From contig NC_068981.1 of the NCBI RefSeq assembly GCF_001194135.2, forward strand, positions 187,549,840 to 187,613,839: 64,000 nucleotides of DNA. Reading direction: 5' to 3'. The DNA is from Octopus bimaculoides (Eukaryota). A program made the translations under genes and the position numbers. Numbering within the stretch: position 1 is the first letter of the stretch; every line of letters begins with the position of its first letter. The notes below the pieces were generated by a model. That model was not told the origin of the DNA and searched no databases. It was given only the letters and a program-made list of their open reading frames with translations. Shown here piece by piece: positions 1 through 14,073 of the stretch.

Positions 1-22
1 AAACAGATAAGGAGAGGAAAAA

Positions 23-136
23 TGTATGTATGTATGTATGTATGTATGTATGTATGTATTTACGTATGTATGTATGTATGAATTAATGAATGAATGTATG
101 TATGTATGTATGTATGTATGTATGTATGTATTTACG

Positions 137-167
<31 letters not shown>

Positions 168-190
168 GTACGTATGTATATATGTATGTG
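23..190. repeat. (TATG)n microsatellite, imperfect
   Basis: Tandem tatg units with a few interruptions; the overlapping MYVC-type ORF is a translation artefact. Confidence 0.95.
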
Positions 191-412
191 TTTACGTATA
201 TTGGTTTAAAGAATCACTGAGACATTTCATAACGACGGTGTCTTAGTGAGTTCGTGAGATTCTCCTCTTTCAGACGTTATTTGTTCTGTACGTTATTTAT
301 TTTCTATGTTATCTTTATGTACTCCTTGCTTCTTTTTTCTTTCCCAGATTTTTCTTTATTTCTTTCATTAAGGATTGAGAGAACTTTTCTTCTGTCTGTC
401 TTGCCCTCTCCA

Positions 413-455
<43 letters not shown>

Positions 456-1114
456 CACCATGTAAGTTTTCTTACCACGTTACTTAGGTTTTCATATTCC
501 TATATAATCATATCTGAGAAAGCACCTACATTCCTGTATAACTAATGTGACTATTGCATCTATTATTATTTGGTTCATCCTAAAAATATTGATGGATGCA
601 GCTGTTTTGACTGAGCCTCTGATGATCAGTTTCGTGTTTTTATTGTTGTTGCTGTTTTCTCGTTAACGTTTCATTCGATAAGAAGATTTTTGTATCGATC
701 TTAAGTTCTATTCTTTAACTTTTCCACCTTTAGATTATAACCATGTTCAAAATTTCTATCTTTAGGATTTTCTCAAATCATTCTTTTATTTCTTTTTATT
801 CGCATTATCGTTTTTGTTCTGGCATAGCTTTTGTTGCCCAGAATCCTCTAGGTAAGCTAATGTCACTTGATCTTAGTTGAAGCTTGTTATCTATGTTCTG
901 TCTATTGCACGTCGTTGATCTATCTTTGCTGTTTATATCCTCGGTGTGTGTTGTTTTGTCCGTTTATGTATTTTCTTTAGTCATTCTTTCTATAACTGTT
1001 CTATGTGACTTAAATTTTTTTGCCTCTTAAGTTTGTCTTGGAAACTAAATTTACACTGAGACTAAGACTATTATTATCCCAAATATTATATGAATGCTTT
1101 GGTACTCACATTTT

Positions 1115-1215
<101 letters not shown>

Positions 1216-1441
1216 GGCTCTAAAATATGTATTTACGTTTTCTGTTTTCTTTGCGTGATTCTGAAATTATTCTTTTATCGTCCTCGAAAGGGTATGATAG
1301 GCAAATCTCGGTGGAATTCAGGTTCAGAATATAAAGAGACATCATTACTAAATAACACACAGTATCTTGTCTACACCTGTAATCACACACACACACACAC
1401 ATATATGTAATCAAAATAAGTAATAAGAATTCACAGTAGTA

Positions 1442-1530
1442 ATGCAGTACAACCGTTTCAAGCGGATCCATTTAATTGAACAATGCAATCATTACATCAA
1501 TTTTAAATACAGCGTTATCTTCAGCTGCAC
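1442..1530 (-). ncRNA. Type I minimal hammerhead ribozyme motif (PLE-associated)
   Basis: Minus strand reads GUGCAG CUGAAGA [58-nt imperfect hairpin] GAAA C GGUU G UA CUGCAU. It has a 6-bp stem I, the intact CUGANGA/GAAA core and a GUA triplet. Stem III ACGGUUGU is self-complementary with G-U pairs. Predicted cleavage is between 1448 and 1447. Confidence 0.72.
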
Positions 1531-3019
1531 AAATATAGAGCTTCAACAGACACGATACATTAATATAATTTTTCTAAAATATTTTAACAGAGCAAGAGGA
1601 TGGAATAAATTCATGTTGGCGCAATTGTAGCAGGAATAGCTAAGAAAACAGACTACAATTTGTTTTTATAGAGTGGCACAGAACATAGTAGGGATCATAG
1701 GGTTATAATTTATTTCCAATTTATCTATCTCTGTATCATTAAATAAAATCTAAGACTAGCAGACCAAAAGTGAGTTGACAAAGGTACCCCTCTACCTACA
1801 AGAAAAAGAAACAAAACTTTAGAAAGAGCCAATTGATAGAAGTAACTGTCTATAAAAGAGGTGGGGTAGGGGTGACATTAATTCATGATGTTGTTACCAG
1901 TTAAAGGGGCAAACACGATGACACTTAGGATGCTATAATGAGATCCAGAAAAAATATTAGGCGCTCAGTAGGAGAATGTTTATAAACAACATCATTATGC
2001 TGCATAAGAATAAAATAAAATTTTAAAAATTTCAGTAATTGATATCACAATCAAGTTAGCTAAAAGGTGTATATGGATCAATTTTTAAAAGGAAGATTAC
2101 TATTACGTAGAATCAATTTAATACTTCATCTTCACTTGATTAATTAATTATTAGGTGATATCTATAAAGACCACTCGAACCACTTACATATGGAATATCT
2201 GGAAAGATATACATACTATCTACTGATTGAAAGTAATGAATCAGAAGCAAGGTAATAAGATAATGATAATACTTAGACATAATTAAATATAAATATACAA
2301 GAAAGAGTGTGTACTGATATAAGTAGGTATAATAGTATAAAAAATAATGCATACAGATACATATACAAAAACGATTCATAGATTGCTATATGAGTATAAG
2401 CGAAGGTAAATAGGAATGCAAAAATACAAAATTCAATACCATAAAAAATTTAACAATACAAAGGCATAACATAAAGGATAAGATATTAATAAGATAATCC
2501 TACCGAAATAAGAAATCAAAAAATAAGAATTTATAGAAAATATTAAGAAATATATATAAAGAGACAGAGGATTAAGAATTAAAGGCAGTAAAGATAAAGG
2601 TAACCTAAAAAGAACAGTTTAAGGTATTCTTACTGAAGTGGTTTTATGAGTTATAGTGTTACATGTGCTATTGTATGTATGATTGTATAGCTCTTAGGGG
2701 ATATAAGATTTAGTCAAGGGAGACTTGCTATCTCAAAATCATTACAAATATACATAATTTGATTGATGGGTTAGAAATTCATAGAAGGAAAGAATGGTGT
2801 AATCACCAAATAGCATTAAGTCAGACTAACTAGGCAGGGGTTACCATACGGTAATAATACATGTAATACATTGCATCACATAATAAATAGCATATAACAT
2901 GTAATGTAGTACATTATGCTATATAACATAATATCCTATATCAGAGGGTAAGTCATAAAGGATACGACACCGAAGATAATTTCCACTATTAAATCCCAAG
3001 TATGATTAAAGTAATATTA

Positions 3020-4192
<1,173 letters not shown>

Positions 4193-4273
4193 TCACAAGT
4201 TGATTATTAGGTATGGTTATACTACTGGTATTTATTTTATCATTAGTTTTATCATTTATTTTATCATGGAATT

Positions 4274-4321
<48 letters not shown>

Positions 4322-4674
4322 TTTCATAACAATGTTGCTTTCGATAACTTTGGTAATGCTATGAGGAGGTGAAAAATGATGGCCAAAACAAACAAGGCAT
4401 CACGGCCAAACTGATGAAATCTTCATTCCTGTACGAAGCGATTCTTACCAAATACATAGCTTCGTACAGTCATATAGTTTACAAAACATTCTTAATGCAT
4501 AAAGGCATACTTTTAGTTGTATGTTTTCTTATCTTTTCCACACTTTAACCTACTCTGTCAAACCATTTACAAAAATACCTCCGCTTTTCAAGGCTACAAA
4601 AATATTCCGCTTAAATCATCCCCAAAGTCCGTTGGAATAAAATTTTAAAGCAAATATCTCTTCCGCAGATTTTC

Positions 4675-4890
4675 ATATGTCATACAAACATGCATGAATG
4701 CATGCATGCATACATACATGCATACATACATACATACATACATACATACATACATACATGCATACATACATACATGCATGCATACATACATACATACATA
4801 CATACATGCATACATACATACATGCATACATACATACATACATACATACATACATACATGCATGCATACATACATACATACATGCATAAA
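4675..4890. repeat. (CATA)n/(CATG)n microsatellite
   Basis: Tandem cata units with interspersed catg variants. Confidence 0.95.
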
Positions 4891-5460
4891 TAGAACATAC
4901 AGACAGGCCGACCGACAAACATGCAAGCATGCATGAATCCATACATCCTATTTGAATCATTTACATATAATGTATATTATCTTTCATATCTTTTTTCGGT
5001 TGCCAAGCAGTGTGGGAGAAAAACACGCAAGAAGACGCACTCGCGCGTGCACGCGCATATATGTGTATGTGTGCGCGTATCTATGTGTATACGGCGGGCT
5101 TCTACAAAGTTTCCGTCAACTAAATTCACCTACAAGCCATTGATTAACTCGTAGTTATAGCAGAAACCACTAGCGTAAAGTACTGCGCAGTAGAACTGAA
5201 ACCGAAACTGCATGGTTGCGAAGTGAGTTTCTTAACCACGAAGCCATTCATGTGCAGGCACACACACGCATGCACAAACACACGCACGCACACAAGCACA
5301 CGCACACATACGCACACTTACGCTGCTACCAAGTTTTCTACCGAATTCGACAGAAAAACATGGAATCGAATCACATGCATCTGCGTCAAGCATTTAGATA
5401 TCACTGTCAGATGCGCCTGTGAACCAATTCGACAGAGCTACTTTACAATAAAAGTAAAAC

Positions 5461-5476
5461 AAAGATGGCGGTGAGA
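5461..5476 (+). promoter_or_regulatory. Possible start codon plus splice donor (AAG ATG GCG | GTGAGA), YY1-like motif
   Basis: AAGATGGCGG followed by a GTGAG donor-like sequence in CpG-retaining DNA. No downstream exon was found, and GGCGGTGAG also matches a SINE head. Confidence 0.15.
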
Positions 5477-7142
5477 GTTATTTGAGGACTAAGAAGGATT
5501 GTTTACTTTTGGAAGAATTATGAAATGATTCTTCATAAAATATTAAAAAAATATTTCTTCAGGGAAAGTGGGAGTCTTTTTTTTTATATATATTTGTTTC
5601 TTTAATTTGGGTTGCTTGAAGTTTCCCCATCTACTACATAATGAAATTTTCTCTTTACATTCATATATAAGTGTATGTGAGTATATGTGCGCTAGTGTGT
5701 AGCAAGATTGTGATATTCATATTTCTGAAGAAGCTGTTTTTCAGGAAAATATAAGGAATATTAAATATGATATTAAAATAATATTAAAAGAAGTGTTGTG
5801 AGACAAAATGAGTATAAAAAATAATAACAGCAATATTAGATAAAAAATATTTATTTGAAGATAAATGTGAGCGAGATTTTTTGTGCAATATATGTGCCTT
5901 TGTAAATTACAATCGCAAGAACATCGTATAAGTTCATTCTCATACTCTGCTTCACAAAAAAATATCATCTCAACTTCTATTGTGTGTAAGAAGCTCGCTC
6001 TGGAAGTACATGGCTTTTGGTTCAGTCCCAGTGCTCGGCACCTTGGGCAAGTATCTTCTATTATAGTCCCGGAACGGCCAATACCTTGTGAAAGAATTTG
6101 GTAGACGGAAACTGTGAGAAAGTTCCACACTTTAACCTATAACAGAAAACAATAGGAAAATCTAACTCAATCACGTGTTACATAGAAAACAATACTCCAG
6201 TTAAATAGATGTAATTAAATTAATTATACAAAATATAGAATTAACTCTAGACACCAAAAATTATGACTAACACACCTAGAAAACAATTAATAAATTAATA
6301 AAAATTATACCATCAATTCAAGTTCTCGCAATTAATAATATAAATTAAAATGAAATAAATAGATTTACTTACGGATAAACATATAAACGAAAAGTAAGTA
6401 TATATACACCTATAACGGTTTCTTTATTTCAAACATGCTAACACGCACAAATAAATAAACGCATGCTGCTATTTTAGTCTGTTGATGAACGCTCAATATA
6501 TTAGGATGTAAAAACAAATGTGTCAGTTTTCGCATTGAAAAATATCTACCTTCGTTATTTTAAATTGCAATTTTAATTGGAATTTGCATGGAATTTGCAT
6601 GGAAACGATCGTAGGCTTATATAATTGACAAAATGTAAATAAATTGATTATGCTGTGTTCAAACTCTCCATTTTCTTTATGATATATTACTATAACTATA
6701 TCCACATATATCGATAAGAAGTAAAATCTATATGAAATACTGGAACTCCAAGATGTGTATAATACTGGCGCCTAATAAATAATAAACACTAATACTACCA
6801 CTGAAAAGCAAGATTCCGGAAAGTCCATCGATGTATATGATAAAAACCGGAGGACGCTTGGATGTTTACATCCCTTTAAAGAGGAATCTATCTCCTTACA
6901 AAACCTTATGTATTTGTGTATGTGTATGTGTGAGTGTGTCTGTGTCCCCCGCTGCTGATTAACAACCGGTGTTGATTTGTTTATGTTCCCGTAGTTTAGT
7001 GGTTCGGCCAAAAGACAGATAGAGTAAGTATCCGACCTGCAATTGAAGCGAAAAAAGAAATCAATACAAGAAAGCATAAGGAATAGGGTCCTTTCAAAGT
7101 CAGACAATGCCACAATCTAATGATCGAAACAAGTAATAGATG

Positions 7143-7247
<105 letters not shown>

Positions 7248-7455
7248 GCTTTATGTCTTTTTGCTACATTTCAACATGAATTGGAAATTAATGCGTGCGT
7301 ATACATTTATTATTACCATAAGAAACATATTCCTAACTTTGTATATGTTTATCGACGAATGGAGAGAATTCTGAATATCTTATTTCAATATATGGACATA
7401 TAATGAAATGAAATTTTCCTAATAACGAAAATGTTCTCAATCATTCTATAACCAT

Positions 7456-7860
7456 GGCGCAAGAGTGGCTGTGTGGTAAGTAGCTTGCATACCAACCACA
7501 TGGTTCCGGGTTCAGTCCCACTGCGTGGCACCTTCGGCAAATAATGTCTTCTACTATAGCCTCGGGCCGACCAAAACCTTGTGAGTGGATTTGGTAGACG
7601 GAAACTGAAAGAAGCCAGTCGTATATATGTATATGTATGTATATATGTGTGTGTTTGTGTGTCTGTGTTTGTCCCCCCCTACCTCGCTTGACAACCGATG
7701 CTGGTGTTTTTACGTCCCCGTAACTTAGCGGTTCGGCAAAAAAGACCGATAGAATAAGTACTAGGCTTACAAAGAATAAGTCCTGGGGGTGATTTGCTCG
7801 ACTAAAGGCGGTGCTCCAGCATGGCCGCAGTCAAATGACTGAAACAAGTAAAAGTAAAAG
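7456..7860 (+). mobile_element. Full-length tRNA-headed SINE, family S1 (central microsatellite, GTAAAAG tail)
   Basis: ggcgcaagagtggctgtgtggtaag...ggttcagtccc head, central (TA/TG)n and a conserved 3' half. Partial copies lie at ~5087-5252(-), 5985-6130, 6950-7140, 14640-14765(-), 26230-26400(-), 27187-27340(-), 28545-28700, 51030-51190(-) and 62265-62410. Confidence 0.85.
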
Positions 7861-8630
7861 AGAGAGAGAGAGAGTAAATTCAGGACAGCCTAGGCTAAGA
7901 AAGGGAAGTATCCTCAAAGTTAGCTCATGCGCTGAAATCATACATTCAGGCCAGGCCACTGAAGAAAGATAGTATCGAGAAAGTTACTTTTTCCTCAACT
8001 CTCACTTTCTATGTGAAATAATAGTGGAAGTTGCTAAGGTCTCGCCAAAGAAAAAAAAAAAAAAAAGAAAAAGAAATTCTATATTCTTCTGTCTAAATCA
8101 TGGCCCCCACACTACATGCTCCGTTAAAGCAATTAGGCAGATGAATAATAGCTGCTCCTTTTTTTCTATCGGAAGCTGGCAGAATGATCTTTGTTCTCTA
8201 TTGACTCAGTTGATAGCTGAATGAAACCAACAGGTAACCACAACTATTTGACTCAACTCGATAAAAAAGCAAAATTCAGCAGTGATCGAGCATGAAGAAC
8301 AGATGAGGTGTCTTATCTTGTAATTTGTCATAATTGTCCATAATTCTTGAGATAAAAGTCCTCTTGCAGAAACTACTGTGTTGTTACTGACGCACAAAAT
8401 TATCTCACAGAGCCACATCGCTTATGATCAACACCAACCCTTTATAGAACGGCATGGTTAACTTTCCAAAGAGCGTATTGCTTTACTGATAGAAAACTGA
8501 ATACCTGACAATATTCCAGATGCCAGACGATTAACCTTCGCTTACATTCGACTAAAGATCACAACCTATCATTTAAAAATGTAAGGAGCACACTGGACAA
8601 TATAGTCCTGAGTGCACAATGCCCAAATAA

Positions 8631-11044
8631 AGACAGGGTAGATACGGCTGGAATGCAACTGAGCATTAGACAGATCCGAAGCCAAACAAGAGCGATGACA
8701 ATAATACCGCAATCTAATTATATTCGTTTCAGAATTTTGCATTTAAGAAGTCTGCTTCTGTAAATCGTTTACGGAAATATTATATGTTATAGACTTAATA
8801 AGAATTATTGGTTACTTGTGATAATTTACTTGCGTTATTTCAAGGAATAAAACTTTTTATTGGTTCATTAATATTATGTACGCTAAAAGAATTATGGCCA
8901 CCAGACAGTGTTAATGGACATCCGACAGAAATATTATTTGCTGATTATAGTATTGATAGTTATTTATTACAGGATTTTTGTTGATAGTCGAATTATTAGT
9001 TTCCAGAAATGAGCCGATACAAAATATATATTGGTTGAATTTTATGTAAATTACTTCTCGTTTTATAGACATGGTGTCTATGATAGACTTCTGAATCTTA
9101 CCGTAACAGAAGTTTCTACTGCGACAGTTCATAATTATGATTTCTAAGATAATTTTCAATCTCCTGTTATTTCACTTTTCTCATAGTGATAAAAATATTT
9201 TGATGATTTAATGACCCATCAAACATCATGTGAATAATGTATGAATGCACAGAAAGCTATTAAATAAACATAGCGATCTTCCTTATTTCAGATTTATCAA
9301 ATAACATATTTGTATTTATCCATGTAAAAATACTATTTGTGGCGTCATATTCTGGAAAGACTACTGCAGTATAAAGGGAAATATTTCTCCATTTCCCCTC
9401 CTTAATTGCAGTTCTGAAATTATTAGACCTCAAGGTTGCACATTTGGCGTCTATTGTATTTAATATTTATCATTGTTATTTACAATATTTTCATAAAGTG
9501 GAGCTTCCAGCCCACTGACCATACAGACTTTCGCTGTAATAGATTTTCTATTTCCTATCCTCTTTGCAAAGGAATATTATAGGTGACCTTTTTAATAATA
9601 ACATTTACATTTTATTCACAATTGAAAAAAAAAAAGCGCCTTAGTTTATCAAGCAATGATAAATTTGCTTTGAAACTTATTTTGATACATAATATATTAT
9701 CTAATGAATAAACAAAGCAATGGAGCTGCATGCAGTGAGGAAGGAAGAACCATAGTACTGTGAAAACAATAGAATTTCACCATGTGTCAACTATGAGTGT
9801 CAGATACGATTACTGGCTCTCGAAGTAATGGAGGAGAAACTTTATATATAAAAAAGTAGATTGCAATTGATTGAACCCGGTGGATAGCAACAGAAAGGAT
9901 ATTGCGCTATCCTAGTTACAAAATCTAAAGCAGTTTTATGTCTGATGTGTTTTATAAAGAAATTTAGCAGCAACAATTGTATCTACTCTAGAGTAATATA
10001 TTGTTAACATGTCGTTTTCTACTAACGTTAACAGAGAATCATGCTTACCTTCTCATATTTACACACTGATAATAATCTATAAATGTTTATTTCTTGCGGT
10101 AAAACTAATTACAAATATTGATAGACTTTAGAAACCAGATATGAATTCCCATAAGTCCTCAACTTCTATTTCATGTGAGATTTTACCCGTTTTAGTATTT
10201 AGAAGACCTTAAAAGTACTATTATGCTTTTTATTTTTATTTATTTAACCTGAGGCTGTAATATGTTGTCATCTAACATCTCACTCTGAAGAAGAGGAGGA
10301 CGAAACTTACTGTGACTCTCTTGCAAAGCTGAGTGGAAACTAAACTTCGAGAAAACAATTATAACGATATTTATCTTAGGAAACTTTACGTAAACACCGT
10401 AGAGTAGGCTTCAAAACAGGAACTTACATCAGAGGTGAAATGAAGACCTCCCTTGACGCTGTGATATTCTGTTAAGAAATGAAATCGTTTCAAGATAAAT
10501 CCACAAATATCGATATCTTCAAGAACATACAAAGGATGTTATGATTAATGATATCAAAACCAAAAGGAGAAATATCAAAGGTTAATGTAGTTAGCGTTGT
10601 CAGGAGTCAATAATTGACAGAATCAGTTGAGACTCAAAACAAATCTCATGCAATATTTGGTTCTGATTTTTCCCGTTCTGCGTTCTAAACTTGCCGAAGT
10701 CAACTTTACTTTTCCTTCTTCCAGGATTCCATAGAAATAAAGCACATGTCAAGTATAGATGTCGATCCAATCCACTATACCAATCCCCCAATGTTTGATA
10801 TGTTTCGGTACATAATATTAATGAACCAATAAAAAGTTTTATTCTTTGAAATAACACAAGTAAATTATCACAAGTAACCAATAATTCTTATTAAGTCTAT
10901 AACATATATTTCCGTAAACGATTTACAGAAGCAGACTTCTTAAATGCAAAATTCTGAAACGAATATAATTAGATTGCGGTATTATTGTCATCGCTCTTGT
11001 GTAGCTTCGGATCTGTCTAATGCTCAGCCGTATCCACCCTGTCT
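8631..11044. repeat. Long inverted repeat: arms 8631-8881 and 10808-11044
   Basis: By manual alignment the arms are reverse complements, differing by about 5 substitutions and two indels (11 bp and 3 bp). Confidence 0.92.
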
Positions 11045-11339
11045 ATGAATTCTGGTGATCGACTTCATTATTGTATCTGTTTATTATTATTGTTGTAAAA
11101 AACTGTGAATTGACATAAAATCGTTAAATCATCGGGATATTAATTTGTAGTATGTTGTTCCCGTCTCTAAATTCAGATTTAATATCCCTTCGATGTCAAT
11201 TTTGATTTTGATTTTTTCGGAGTCGATATGATAAAGTACCAGTCAAGTACTGAGGTCAATATGAACTACTAATCTCCTTCTCACCAAGTTACTGAATTAA
11301 AAACAATTAAGACCAATTATACTAATCGATTATTTTCAT

Positions 11340-11945
11340 CAGTGGTTCTCAACTATTTTTATCCATGGGCCCCTTTGGTTCCTATTTTACTCTACTGGAC
11401 CCTCATGACCATTCAATGTATATAAAAAATCCTATTTTTTATAATTAAATATTATTGGGAATTATATAAAATAAATTAAAACATTTTGTGTATTGTTGAA
11501 GTATAAGAATTTATTGCGCAAATTTTAACAAGATTTTATATGGACTCCCAAGGGCCATCTGGACCCTCAAGGACCATCTGGACTCCCAAGGACCATCTGG
11601 ACTCCCAAGGGTCATTTGGACTCCCAAGGGCCATCTGGAAACTCAAGGACCATCTGGATTCCCAAGGACCATCTGAACTCCCAAGGGTCATCTGGATTCC
11701 CAAGGGCCATCTGGAACCCCCAAGGGCCATCTGGACTTCCAAAGACCATCTGGACTCCCAAGGGTCATCTGGACTTCCAAGGGCCGTCTGGACTCCCAAG
11801 GGCCGTCTGGACTCCCAATGACCATCTGGACTCCCAATGACCATCTGGACTTCCAAAGGGTCATCTGCACTCCCAAGGGCCATCTGGACCCCCAAGGACC
11901 ATCTAGATCCTCAAGAGCCATATGGATCCCAGTTGAGAACCATTG
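11340..11945. mobile_element. hAT (Charlie-like) MITE
   Basis: TIRs CAGTGGTTCTCAAC (11340-11353) and GTTGAGAACCATTG (11932-11945); 8-bp TSD ATTTTCAT/ATTTACAT (7 of 8 match); no ORF. Confidence 0.88.
11540..11930. repeat. 19-bp minisatellite (consensus TGGACTCCCAAGGGCCATC), about 20 copies
   Basis: Directly visible tandem array inside the hAT MITE; the repetitive ORFs here are artefacts. Confidence 0.95.
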
Positions 11946-12759
11946 ATTTACATATTTACACAAGCAGAAATCTGATTTGAAACAGCAGGTACAAATATGG
12001 CCGAATGATTAAGAAGTTCGCAACTACGAGGTTCTGGGTAAGTGCTAGTTTCTTTAGCATTGGTTCAATTCAAATCTTGTGAGTGAAATTGAGTTTCTGG
12101 AAACCGCAGATGTCCGTCGGGTAGATTGCACCTGTTATTAAAAAACAAAAGTTGCAACCTTGTCATAGCCATGTGTCGCGCTGAACTTACCCGAGAATTA
12201 CATTAACGGTACACATGTCTGTGGAATACTCAGCCACCTCCTCGTTAATTCAAGTGCAGATAATTCAGTTGATCGAACAAGTGAATCCTTATGGCAGAGA
12301 TCAACCACCACCATAAACATCACCAACACCACAATCATCATTATTTTACGGTATTGAAGCTGCAGTTACTCATTCACCCAATTCATTCAGTACGAATAGT
12401 TTATTAATGATTTCATAATTGAAAGCACGTATCGTAGTGAGGATGAGCTTAGTGTTTATTTAAAAAAAAATGTTATCCGTATAGTTAAACATATTTTTAT
12501 CAACAATGTATTCTGATAAAAAAAGATGTATTAAAGAATTCTGATAAAGTAAAATCACGCAAATTCTTATCAAGATAAAGATCAAAATAAATAATTCTAA
12601 AATGAACGAATTCGATCCGGATGAGTCGAATATTGTATAATTCTTTAGAATCTCTTTATAAGACAATAAGTCGATATTGATAATGCAGAATAATTTATGA
12701 GATCGTTTTATTTTATTTGCAAACGAATTGAATCTATAACGTTATCAATTTTCTTGATT

Positions 12760-13120
12760 AAAAGGAAAGAAATTAGAAAATTTTAAGGTTATCAGATTCG
12801 GTAGGAAATCCTTGATTAATATCTCCCTCCAATATATTGTTAATCAAATTAGAAACGAAATATTTCTTTGATCAGTCATTTTGGATTCAATAGCACGTAC
12901 AACTTGACTAAAACGGCTCAAATATTTGTGCCATATAACGAAATTGAATCTACCTTCATTGATCACTTCAAAGCTTTTAGTGTGGTATGAGCTGTGGTGT
13001 CGTCATAATTAAGCCATGGACTTTATATGATTAATACGCAAACTGTTTTGCACTTTTGTGATAAAGCAGCGAAACGTTTTTGTGTTTGCTTCAATATTCT
13101 TCGAAAATTTCAATTCTTTA
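12760..13120 (+). mobile_element. Highly degraded LINE reverse transcriptase fragment
   Basis: Frame at 12877-12987 reads HFGFNST...STFIDHFKAFSVV, matching the QFGF and F-x-D-x-x-KAFD RT motifs; flanks carry stops. Confidence 0.5.
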
Positions 13121-14041
13121 TATTATATTCTTATATTATTATTTTAGATGTTTTCTTAACTTTTAGCAGATTGCTCACTGAGCTAAACAAAGATGCATGA
13201 TAATTTAACAAAAAGAATAAGAAAAACAAATACCTGGAGATGAAAAAACGAACCAATAAAAAACCCACAAAAGACAATGAGTGTAATTAGGATTGTATCT
13301 TATGATTAATGACTGGGGTTTTTTCCAAACAACGAATATTTTCTTCGTTTTAATTAAAGGAAATTTTTTTATGACACCAAAATATAGATTGCGTGGGTCT
13401 ATATACATGTAACGCAAGTTATATTTATTGTGTTGATGTTTCGAGTAATGAATTCGTATCAAATTTCAGTGTTGAAACAATCCATACAATTTACCGGTTT
13501 AGTAGGGAATATTTTTAGAGTCGACAGAGCATCGGATAGAATTCCTCGTGCTATTTATTCTGATTCTCCGTGGTCCGATATCAAATGCTGCCCAGGTCAA
13601 CTTTTGCTACATATATCCATCCATTAAGGGTCGACAAAAAACGGGTATCAATCTAGGGATATTGATTTACAGATCTGTCAGTGTTCGACGTGAACTATGC
13701 GGTACAGTTTCGGTTCCTGCTCTTGCATCTCGGACGTAATGACGTAATGACGGACAAAATATCATTAAGTATTTTGCCCGGCGCGGTAACGACCCTGCCA
13801 GCTCGCCACCTTAATACTGATGATAATATTAAACACTATAAGTACGTTAACCTGGTAACGAAACTATGGATATTTGTCTTGGTGAAGAGTCAATGTTGTG
13901 AGGGATAGAAGATCGGTATCACTAATGAAAGACACTTTCAAAACAGAGAAACACTGTAAACCAGCGATTCTCAAATTCGCACCCTGCTCCCTAGGGTCGG
14001 TTTAAAAAGAATGTGCATTTTCTTATGAGCGTAAGTATGCA

Positions 14042-14073
<32 letters not shown>

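Noticed and set aside
585-645. AAAACAGCTGCA plus an ACTGA/TCAGT hairpin on the minus strand, resembling a hammerhead
   Set aside because: No CUGANGA core in the right place and no stem I; the region may be a degraded LINE endonuclease start (VIQECR).
4429-4469. Perfect 11-bp hairpin CTGTACGAAGC/GCTTCGTACAG
   Set aside because: Isolated, with no family motif or U-tract; may be chance.
8914-9147. Frame MDIRQKYYLLIIVLIVIYY... resembling a type II membrane protein start
   Set aside because: Internal TGA at 9010-9012, no recognisable domain, and hydrophobic runs are expected in AT-rich DNA.
11540-11930. Minisatellite considered as a CRISPR array
   Set aside because: Contiguous 19-bp units with no unique spacers, no cas genes, and a eukaryotic context inside a hAT MITE.
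12876-12984. Apparent exon with good splice sites (HFGFNSTYNLT...)
   Set aside because: The peptide matches LINE RT motifs (FGF, FIDxxKAF), so it is transposon debris.
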